Shown piece after piece: positions 49,636 through 60,007 of a stretch of DNA of 64,000 nt. Below the pieces are notes generated by a model. The model saw only the letters and a program-made list of their open reading frames with translations. It ran no database searches and had not been told where the DNA came from. Each line of letters starts with the position of its first letter. The stretch's first letter is position 1. Location: positions 130,138,001 to 130,202,000 of the forward strand of contig NC_091289.1 in assembly GCF_032444005.1 (NCBI RefSeq), in the 5' to 3' direction. This stretch comes from Ranitomeya imitator. Taxonomy: Eukaryota. The translations under genes were made by a program, and so were the position numbers.

Positions 49636-51049
49636 TTTAACTGATAAAAGGAACTGGACGAATTATGTATGGTAATTGTACTTACAGGGAAAATCATTCT
49701 GCAAGATATTTTTTTTACAACAAAAATGAATGCAGTAAAAACAATGTTTTTTTTTCAAGAAAACCACACTATTTTCCCATCTACAGTACGGTAAAAAGAA
49801 TATTCTAATTCAAAACTAAAACTCGTCCTAAAAAAAATAGCAAACCCTGATATGGCCATATCAATGGAAAAATGAGAAATAATGGGGGGGCAAAAAACAG
49901 AAATGTAAAATGAAAAATTCTTGGGTCCTTAAGGAGCTAAACTGTGTTTTCTCAGAAATGGTGCAGCATTCCAATGTAAACCATAGAAGCCTGCAATGAG
50001 GTCTGCCCATGGTCTGGGCGGCATGAAAGACGCTTTGTGAAGGTTCTCCGCTACGTCCATGAGATGAGGATCCCGGACAGGACACTCCACCCGATCAAGT
50101 CAGAATTTCCTAGCAGAGTAAATGAAAGTATGTAGTATGCGATAAATACTTATATATTTATATAAAGACAATTTGGGAACTGTTACTTGTTCCACCCTCC
50201 TACATCAGCAGTCCAAGGCCTGGCACCCACCACAGGGCTTCCTGCCGCGGGGGCTTCATGCAGTGGAAACCTCTGTGGAATTCACACTCGTTTTCAGGGT
50301 CTTGCACGTCTTGGCTTGCTGGGAGATATATGAAGAAGACACTTGTAAAGTCTTGTTTATTTATTAAAAATGTAAAAGAGATCACAGCCAGCAACACATT
50401 AGCGGCATGACTGGAGGAAGCCCGGTCTGATCCCTGGATTCCAGCCGCAGAAGCCCCCGAGAGAACAGATGCATCTTGCTGGCAGATGTGCACTAGCATG
50501 CCCCGCTCTAGAGTATGCGCTGATCCAAACTCTGATAACTCACTGGCTTTTCATTACTCACATAGCTTTGTCACAATTAATAAAAAGCTTTCAGCGCACA
50601 CTTTTTTTTTTCCATTTCTTCCAATAGCTGCTGACAATGAACAGATGGCAAATGTTATATGGAATGTGGGATATTAAAGAATATTTCATTCTAAATGAGA
50701 TAAATAAAGCTTTGATGTATATGTGTCCTTGTGTAGATGGTTGCATTCAGTAATGTTAGCTGCATACGTTTCTGTTGCATTCACCTTTCATTGTGTCCTC
50801 AGAGGTAATCGTATAATTATAGGAAGCGTCCAAGTTCACCTAAGGCAAATATATCAATTCAAAGTCTAAGGAAAGCAGACAACAAGAGCTTCAAAGACAG
50901 CTTTATTCGTTGTCATACAGCTTACATTGGCATCCTTATTAGTTCTCATCCACCATATGTATATATTTATTCTGCAGAATATATTTGGAACCAATCAGAT
51001 GCCTCTCTGGTGGTATTACATGATAGATAAGTATCTACCTGTATTTCCT

Positions 51050-51965
51050 CAGCATTGAGGACATCATTAATCCTGATCAAATCCCTAACTCTTTTAGCTG
51101 ATATGCAGTCCCAAACTTGCAGCGAACCTCCACCATGCTTCACTGTTGCCTGCAGACCCTCAATATTGTACCACTCTCCAGCTATCTGGCAAACAAACTG
51201 CCTGTTACAGCCAAATATTTAAAATTTTGACTCATGTGTCCAGAGCACCTTCTACTTATTTCTGTACTCCAGTTCCTATGCTTTCATGCATAGTTGAGTC
51301 ACTTAGATTTGTTACTATGTCAATGGTAAGTCTTTTGGGCTACAATTCTTCCACGAAGACCACTTCTGGACACACTTCTTCGAACAGTAGATGTAGTTGG
51401 GATCCACTGGTTGCTGCCAGTTCTGAGTTGATGGAACTGCTGAAAAACTTCTGATTTAGAAAAAGATTAAGCATCATATGTCTTTCATCTATTGCGCTAA
51501 CCTTTCCCTGGCCAACCAAAGAATCTAGGGTCCTAAAAGTTGCCAATTTCTTTGTGCCTCTTCAAAAGAGCTTAAATAGTACTTGGAATCTCTATAAAAT
51601 CTTTGCCTGGGATGGACCTTGCTGATGCACTATAACTACCCTTTGCCTTTTTGCTGTGCTCAGTATTGCCACGGTGTATGACCTTTGGAATGAAATTCTC
51701 TACACAATTTCACCTTAGCAGTAGAGTTTGGCTGTCCCTCGCCCAATTTTATTTCTCATAGAGCTGTCTCTGCTTTAGTTGATGACTGTGTTCAATCTTT
51801 GTGTTTCATTTATAAATAATGATCATTATCACCTGATTGGTGTAACTGGTTCCTCATACACCTGACTATAATCTTATAAATCCCTGACTTTGTGCATGTG
51901 TGCCTAGAAGAATTGATGCTGTAATCAAGATATAGGGTGGTCATAATAAATAATGCCACAAGTTG
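51050..51965 (-). mobile_element. Decayed Tc1-like relic
   Basis: CCACCATGCTTCACTGTTG (minus-strand xTVKHGG), TTCTTCGAACAGTAGATG and other Tc1-type segments; many stop codons. Confidence 0.5.
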
Positions 51966-52436
51966 CATTTCTATTTTGATTATTATAGTGCTTTGTAAAA
52001 AGCACTATATTGTTATTCCACCGTAGATAACTTCTTATTATTATTAGGCTTTTTTCTGCAATTAATGCGGCCCGAACCGCTGCACGCACAGACTCCAGTG
52101 AGGTGTCATTTCGAAGCCAGCGTTCCTGAGAGCTGTGCTAAGTATTTTTCATGTCGATCGGATTTGTAGTTTTGGCGCAATTTGCTTTTGAAATTTTGTC
52201 TCAATGCATTTCAATGGGGAAATCTTGCCACAAGCTTATAATGGCAGTTATTTTGAAATTGCCTCAGAAATCAGCCCAACTGCCACCTGGCTGATTAACT
52301 CATTGATATGCGAAGTCAGACCCTGTTACTATGCCAACGCCTACGAACTCTACATGACCCCACTAGGACACAGGTTTGCCAGATAATATCAGCTCTTAAA
52401 GTGACCCGCGCACCAAATCGGACCCTGAGGTGCCAG

Positions 52437-52805
52437 TCCACCAAATCAGAGGCTGAGGGGCCCCGACCTCCAAATCTGAGGCCGAGGGGCCCCGAACTCC
52501 AAATCTGAGGCCAAGGGGCCCCGACCTCCAAATCGGAGGCCAAGGGGCCCCGACCTCCAAATCGGAGGCCGAGGGGCACCAACCTCCAAATCGGAGGCCG
52601 ATGGGCCCCGACCTCCAAATCTGAGGCCGACGTGCCCCGCCCACCAAATCGGAGGCCGAGGGGCCCCGCCCACCAAGTCGGAGGCCGAGGGGCCCCGACC
52701 TCCAAATCGGAGGCCGAGGGGCCCCGACCTCCAAATCGGAGGCCGAGGGGCCCCGACCACCAAATCGGAGGCCGAGGTGCCCCGACCTCCAAATCGGAGG
52801 CCGAG
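52437..52805. repeat. 29-bp GC-rich minisatellite, about 12-13 copies; resumes at 56628-56665
   Basis: Unit GGGGCCCCGACCTCCAAATCGGAGGCCGA with step 29 (52515, 52544); internal palindrome GGGGCCCC and stem CCTCC/GGAGG. Confidence 0.95.
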
Positions 52806-53782
52806 TGTTAGGAGTCGAGTTTCCTCTGCTGCACAGGGGGAATCTCGATCCGTCTCCGCTGCGGTCTCCCATTCTCCTCCAGCCGCAGTGGAGTCTGCTC
52901 AGCAGGGACGTCGCTCCCAGTGTCTTGCTCGCTCTCACTCTGTACAGAGAGTTACTGCTGCTTCTTCAGCTCCTGCCATTAAAGTCAGTGCTGGTCAGCG
53001 GCGAGCGGACTTCCCTGGGACTAAGTCCTTATTTGCGCACACTGAGCATGCCCAGAGCAAGATCTCCCGTTGGAGATCGAGGGTCATGTGCTCTGGCTCT
53101 GCAGCGCATTCCATTGGTCCTCTTGGCAGGTCTTGGAAGGGCAAAGTTTCTGTGGCCACTTCCTGTCCTGCAATTATATAAACTGCGCATGGCCGCACGG
53201 CCATGCGCTAGTGTAAAATTGAATACGTGTGTTTGTTGTGAGTGCAATTTGTTCATTAAATACCCCTACCCTATTGTATGACTGTTCGCGTATGGAGTAT
53301 GGCTGCTATCTAGCGCCCGACAAATCACTCAACGTGTCACACACGTATCAGCGTCTATTGCTGTGACCGCCAGTGCGGCGCCACGCGCCAGTAGTGCGCT
53401 TCCTGACCCACGTCTGGGTGCTTAGTGGTGCCTGCCAGCACGGCACAGTTCGCACTTCGGTGCTCTTATTGTAAGAGTTGCCTAACACACCCTGTTGCAG
53501 TGTTGTGTCAGCAAGTGGTCTAATCAGACTTCAATCCTAGTTGGGGTTAAGTTCGCTGACTGCTTGCTCGCCTTCTATGTGCGGTACCGCGATCCTGTGA
53601 CGCAACAGGATCGCTTCCTTCACGTTGGGTGAAGTTTAACCCACGCGATTATACTTATGAGTACCGCCATGTAGTCCGTCATTACTCAGCAGCAGGTTCC
53701 ATCTCTGCACGGTGGACCCCGGGCTACGAACGCACCGTACACTATCAGTCTTATTATTTGGTGCGTTCCGCTAGCCCTAACA
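52806..53782 (+). mobile_element. 5' LTR of a Ty3/Gypsy element (sushi/Tf1 chromovirus-like)
   Basis: TGTTAGG...CCTAACA inverted ends; TATATAAA at 53175-53182; gag starts 26 nt after the LTR end. Confidence 0.88.
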
Positions 53783-53794
53783 TTACACTAGCGC
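53783..53794 (+). promoter_or_regulatory. Primer-binding site complementary to the element's own LTR (self-priming type)
   Basis: TTACACTAGCGC is the exact reverse complement of GCGCTAGTGTAA at 53205-53216. Confidence 0.8.
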
Positions 53795-53807
53795 CAGGGT
53801 CTGGCTA

Positions 53808-56627
53808 GTGATGACGGACAAACAACAATCCCTGCGGTATATACAGCAGCTGGAGGGTAGGTTGGCGACTCTCGAGAGCGCAACCTCAGCTGTGGATGTT
53901 ACCGCAGTTGCTGTACAGGCTGCCAGCGTGGCTGCAGCAACTTTGTCCATTGCCACCCCTGTTCCGACATTTTCTCGCCTCCCGCTGCCAGAAAAATTTT
54001 CTGGTAATAGCAAATTTTGTAGGGGATTCGTGAGTCAGTGCTCTATTCATCTCGAGCTTCTGGCTGCACGTTTCCCCACAGAGCGGGCTAAGGTGGGATT
54101 TATTGTGTCTCTATTGTCGGACAGGGCGTTGGAATGGGCTACGCCGCTGTGGGAGCGTGGCGATCATGTGGTACAGAGTGCTCCTCTGTTTTTGAGCACT
54201 TTAAAACAGGTCTTTTTAGGACCTCAAGTCACCCATGACACTGCGCTCCAACTGCTGGCATTAACTCAGGGTGAGTCCTTGGTCAGTCATTTTGCCGTCC
54301 AATTCCGCACTTTAGCATCTGAGCTGGAATGGTCGGATAAAGCTCTTATCCCCATATTTTGGAGGGCCTTGGCTGACCATGTAAAGGACGCTCTGGCCAC
54401 TAGGGAGATTCCTGCCACACTGGAGGAGTTAATAACAGTCTCCACTCGAATTGACCTCCGTTTAACGAGCGGAGGTTAGAGCGAGCCCAGTGTAGGCAGA
54501 GGTTTCGGCTGGCTCCTACTTTCGCCAAACCTCTGGAATCTCCGGTCCTGGTTCCTGAGTCACATGAGGCCAGGGAAGTGTCACAAGCGGGACCTAAGTC
54601 CCGGACCGCTTGTGCACTCAGGGTCTGTCATGTTTGCCAGCAGTCTGGACATTTAGCCACCAGATGTCCTCAGCGGTCGAGGAAACGTCAGCGTCTAGTG
54701 GTCGTAGGTGGAGGTACACTAGACACGGCGACGTTTGCCTCTAAATTGTCCTTTAAGGGGACAATTACTATAGGCTCATTCTCCCACTCGGTAGAGCTCT
54801 GCGTGGATTCTGGGGCGGAGGGCAACTTTATGTCTTCTGCCTTCGCCCAACGCCATGCAATACCTCTGGTTATGCTAGCTCAACCTGTAACGGTACGAGT
54901 GGTGAATGGGTCGACTCTGCCCTCACAGATAACTCACCAGACCATCCCTTTTACTCTGTCCATGTCGCCATCTCATCAGGAGATTATTTCTCTGCTCGTC
55001 ATTCCAGAGGGAATTGATGAGGTCCTGTTGGGAATACCTTGGCTACGGTACCACTCTCCTCATTTCGAGTGGTCCAGAGGCAGAATTCTGGGATGGGGTG
55101 AATCTTGTGGGGGTAGGTGTCAGAGGGAGTGCGATCAGGTAGCTACAACTGAGGTACCCGCAGATCTTTCCTCTCTCCCCAAACAGTATTGGTCGTATGC
55201 AGACGTATTCTCCAAAAAGGCGGCGGAGACCCTTCCGCCCCATCGCCCCTATGACTGTCCTATTGACCTCTTGCCTGGTGCTGAGCCTCCCCGGGGTCGA
55301 GTCTATCCGCTATCTCTCCCGGAGACGGAGGCAATGTCACAGTACATCCAGGAAAATCTGGCAAGAGGGTTCATCAGGAAGTCAGTGTCACCTGCTGGGG
55401 CAGGGTTCTTCTTCGTGCAGAAGAAGAGTGGGGAATTGCGTCCATGCATAGACTACAGGGGTCTTAACGCCATCACCGTTAAGAATAAATACCCTTTGCC
55501 TTTGATATCTGAACTGTTCGATAGGCTTCGGGGAGCAAGGGTATTTACTAAATTAGATCTGCGGGGTGCTTACAACCTGATTCGTATCCGTGAGGGGGAC
55601 GAATGGAAGATGGCTTTTAACACCAGGGATGGGCACTATGAATATCTGGTGATGCCCTTTGGGCTCTGTAATGCCCCAGCCATTTTCCAAGACTTTGTGA
55701 ACGATATCTTCTGGGATATGCTTTCCACCTCGGTCGTAGTCTATCTGGATGATATTCTCATCTACTCTCCAGATATTGACTCCCACCGGAGAGATGTTTG
55801 CAAAGTCTTCGACCTCCTACGGGCAAACTCCCTCTATGCCAAGTTGGAGAAGTGTATGTTTGAGCAGGAGTCCTTACCTTTCCTAGGCTACATCATCTCA
55901 GCCCAGGGATTGGCTATGGATCCTGCCAAACTACAGGCTGTGATGGACTGGCAGGAACCCCATTCTCTTAAAGCGGTGCAGCTTTAATTGATGGGGTTCA
56001 TCAATTATTATCGTCAGTTCATCCCGCATTTCTCAACTTTGGTAGCTCCCTTGGTTGCCCTCACCAAGAAGGGGGCGAATCCCAAATTGTGGTCTGAGGA
56101 GGTCTCCAAGGCCTTTATCTCTATAAAGTCACACTTCGCTAGCGCTCCCATTCTTCATCGCCCCGATGTTGATAAGCCATTTATCATGGAGGTGGATGCC
56201 TCTTCTGTTGGTGCTGGAGCAGTCCTCTTCCAAAAGGATGCTCAAGGTCAGAAGCATCCTTGCTTCTTTTTCTCCAAGACCTTCGCACCAGCAGAGAGGA
56301 ATTATTCCATCGGGGACAGGGAGTTGCTAGCCATGAAGTTGGCTTTCTCGGAGTGGAGACATCTCTTGGAGGGAGCACGTTTTCCCTTCCAAGTCTTCAC
56401 AGATCACAAAAATTTGGTGTATCTGCAGACAGCTCAGCGGTTGAATTCTCGCCAGGCCAGATGGTCCTTGTTCTTCTCCCGGTTTCATTTCACCCTCCAT
56501 TTCCTTTCTGGGGAGAAGAACATTCGGGCCGACGCTCTCTCTCGCTCCGTTGTGTCATCTGTGGAGGAGGAGGAGGAGCCTCGGCTTATTGTCCCCACCG
56601 AGAGTTTGAGAACCGTGGCCCCGGTTT
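53808..56627 (+). pseudogene. Gypsy gag-pol (capsid, CCHC knuckle, protease, RT, RNase H); two frameshifts; truncated before integrase
   Basis: PEKFSG...RALEWATPLWE gag; CHVCQQSGHLATRC; VDSGAEGNF; RPCIDYRGLN, YLDDILIYS; DASSVGAGAVL, TDHKNL, RADALSRS. Frameshifts near 54462 and 55985. Confidence 0.93.
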
Positions 56628-57762
56628 CGACCTCCAAATCGGAGGCCGAGGTTCCCCGACCACCAAACCTGCGCCTGAGGGGCACCCAAGTGTGAAAGTC
56701 TTGCAGGGGCAGCCCGGGCACCATTCCAAAGCACTATCTGTAGTTCCTTCAGGAAATACCCATCTAGTTCACTTTGCAGTTTTGCTAATTGCTAAAAATA
56801 AACAGTTTATTCTTGCATTTTATTTATTCCTAGTTTGCAGCATTTTGTTCACATCTGCATAATACATTTGCAGATTAAAACTAATGTTATTGTTATCTGT
56901 TACTTTGTACATATATTAAAAAGTTCTATGAAGGAATCAGGCTTTTTTAAATTTTTTTCCCATTTTGAATAGTGATTACATATCATTTCCTGATTTATGG
57001 GAATCTGTTTTTTTATCTGTTGATTTAACGCTTTTTTCATCTGTTGATTTAATTATTTATGCATACCTAAGAGTCATCATTATGGCCAGCACATCGTCCA
57101 CGTAAGCTTCTGTGCTGCCAATAACATGCACTGTAAATGGAACAATTGTATTAGCGCTGAGCAACTTTAATACAGTTGATTGTTACTCATGACAGCCTAA
57201 AATCATCCATTGTAAACGGGCCATTAGATGCACCCATTATGGTTCTTGCTACTGAAGTCTAACCGTTTTATTGATCACTGATTAAAAAAGTCTTCAATTA
57301 AGGCCACGTTCTCACTAGCAGTATTTGGTGAGTATTTTACATCAGTATTTGTAGCCAAAACCAGGAGTGGGACAGTCAGAAGAAAAGTATAATAGGAACA
57401 CGTCACCACTTCTGGATTTATCACCCGCTCCTAGTTTTGGCTTATAAATACTGATGTGAAATACTGACAAAATACTGGACATGTGAACATGGCCTAAACC
57501 AGAAACTCACTTAGAGTAATATGGATAACTCTAATGAAACAGTTTAATGATATGCTAATATTCAAGTTCCTTTGTTCTATGATTTAATGGATGGGTAAAG
57601 ACAGTCTCACCCAGATGGTTCTCAGGAATCGACCATTTATCCATTTTAATGTTGTATTCCCATCTCTAAGATCCTATCCCAATATATAGCAAGTGTAGTA
57701 ATAATAATAATAATAATATTAACAAAGAGCTCCACTTAGAAATGTAGTATAGTCCTTCTGGT

Positions 57763-58999
57763 CAGGGCCGGCTCCAGGTTTTTGAGGGCCCCGGGTGAAA
57801 GAGTCTCAGTGGGCCCCCCCTTTAACACATACCACGATTCATGATCGCATATAAACACAGCCATATAGTATATAACACAGTCCACATAGTATATAGCACA
57901 GCCACGTAGCATATAACACAGCCATGTAGTATATAACAGCCCACGTAGCATATAACACAGCCACATAGTATATGGCACAGCCCATACAGTATATAGCACA
58001 GCCACATAGTATATAACACGGCCCACGTAGTTTATAGAACAGCCATCTAGTATATAGCACAGCCCACGTAGCATATAACAGCCCACGTAGTATATAACAT
58101 GGCCCACGTAGTATATAGAACAGCCATGTAGTATATAGAGACACTAGCCCCATATAGTGCTGCACAAACGTTATGGCCCCATACAGACACTTGCCCCATA
58201 TAATGCTGCACAAACGTTATGGCCCCATACAGACACTTGCCCCATATAGTGCTGCACAAACGTTATTGCCCCATAAAATGCTCCATACAGACACTTGCCC
58301 CATTTGCTGTTGCTGCGATAAAAAAAAAAATCACATACTCACCTCTCGTCGCTCAGACCCCGGCACTTTCAATATTCACCTGTCCTCGTTCCAGCCGCCA
58401 CTCCATCTTCTTCAGCGTCTTCTGCACTGATGCTCAGGCAGAGGGCATGCACTAACCACGTCACCGTGCCCTCTGACCTCAGCGTCACTGCAGAAGACGG
58501 AGCGGTACCCGGAACGAGGAGCAGGTGAATATCGCACATCGCGCTGTGCTCCCCTCCCCGTTATACTCACCTGCTCCTGGCACTGTGCAGTCCCAGCTTC
58601 CCGGCACCAGCAGCTTCTTCCTGTATTGAACGGTCACCGTTACCGCTCATTACCGTAATGAATATGCAGCTCCACCCTGATGGGAGGTGGAGCCGCATAT
58701 TCATTACTGTAATGAGCGGTACTGTGACCGCTCAGTACAGGAAGAAGCTGGGGAGCCGGGGACCTGTAGGGACTGCGCCAGCCGCCAGGAGTAGGTGAGT
58801 ATAATTAGACAGCCCCCGGCCACTCCCCCTCCCCTGCCGAGTCAACTCCGTGATGTGCCGTTAGCTGCGGGCCCCTGAGGGAGTGGTGGTCCTAGGCACT
58901 GGCAGCTGCCTGCCCTTAACGCCGGCCTTGAATGGGCCTCCCTGTCTCGCCAGGGCCCCGGCACTTGCCCGGGTACGCCGAGTGCTGACGCTGGCCCTG
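57763..58999. mobile_element. Non-autonomous hAT element with internal minisatellites
   Basis: CAGGGCCGGC...GCTGGCCCTG termini; 8-bp TSD CTTCTGGT/CCTCTGGT; ~20-22-bp CAGCCACGTAGTATATAACA-type repeats at 57850-58140 and ~41-bp repeats at 58150-58290. Confidence 0.85.
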
Positions 59000-59652
59000 C
59001 CTCTGGTTCACTTTGTTGCTTACCCATATGCAGGGCATTGTTGTAGCTTAGGTAGCCATGGTTACGACCACTAACAGCTAACAGTCACTATATGAGTGGT
59101 CGTAGCCTTGGACACCAAAGCTACTCCAATGTCCTGCACATGGGGTAAGCAACATAGTGAAACAGAAGAACTATACTACATTTGCAATTGGAGCTATTTG
59201 CTAATATTATTATTATTGCACCAAGTACATATTGGGATAGGATAGGAGATGGGAATACCCCTTTAATGTTGCTCTTGATTCCCCTTTTTTATAATTTCTG
59301 CTGCACACTTGGTAGGCCATTTTGCCAGGCGTCTTACAGAAGGTGGAGATTAGTCTAGTCCAAGTGACAAGTTTTTCTTTTTCTGTTTTTTTTTTTGTGG
59401 AAAGCCTGACCAGTTGCCAAGAAACTGTGGTTAGGAAGCTCCACAATTAGTGAATTATTGCTCAGCCCTCTATGTGCACCTTCCCTTTGGAGGTACAATC
59501 TATTTATTATCACGCTGCTTTTACAGAAAGCTTTGCGTTCTATCTGCACTTGCCTCTCGCTTTCATAGTAGTCAGAGGTCAGAAGCCCATTAGCTAACTG
59601 ACTGCTAACATTAGGGAGTATTGTGAATGGAAATGTAGCTCCAACTGCCTTG

Positions 59653-60007
59653 TAAGGGTATGTGCACACGTCAGGATTTTCTAGCAGAAATTTCCTGACA
59701 AAAACCGGACATTTCTGCCAGAAATCCGCATGCGTTTTTTTCACGTTTTTGATGCGTTTTTTGTGCGTTTTTTGTGCATTTTTTCCCAAATGCATAGAAT
59801 AGCGGGGAAAAACGCAGAAAATCCACAAAATTAATGAACATGCTGCTTTTTTTACCACAATGCGTTTTTTTGCGGAAAAAAAAATGCATCATGTGCACAA
59901 AAATTGCAGAATGCATTCTAAATGATAAGATGCATATGTCTGCAGTTTGTAAAGCATTTTTATCGCGAAAAAACACGAAAAAACCTGAACGTGTGCACAT
60001 ACCCTAA
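59653..60007. mobile_element. Palindromic MITE
   Basis: TAAGGGTATGTGCACACGT...ACGTGTGCACATACCCTAA termini. Confidence 0.8.

Larger units (their letters stand above)
52050..56767. mobile_element. Unclassified repeat element carrying a 29-bp minisatellite, interrupted by the Gypsy insertion
   Basis: The same minisatellite is on both sides of the Gypsy sequence. The left part begins after (ATT)n; the right part ends ...GGAAATACCCATCTAG. Outer boundaries are approximate. Confidence 0.45.

Noticed and set aside
52316-52938. Gly/Pro/Arg-rich ORFs
   Set aside because: Translations of the 29-bp minisatellite; not collagen Gly-X-Y.
57736-58455. Tyr/Cys-rich ORFs
   Set aside because: Translations of the minisatellites inside the non-autonomous hAT.
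59213-59446. AYQV motif as a possible collagen exon 2 (AYRV)
   Set aside because: The surrounding residues do not match exon 2 (no DVLKALDF, GFC or QLSAPT), and there are no suitable splice sites.
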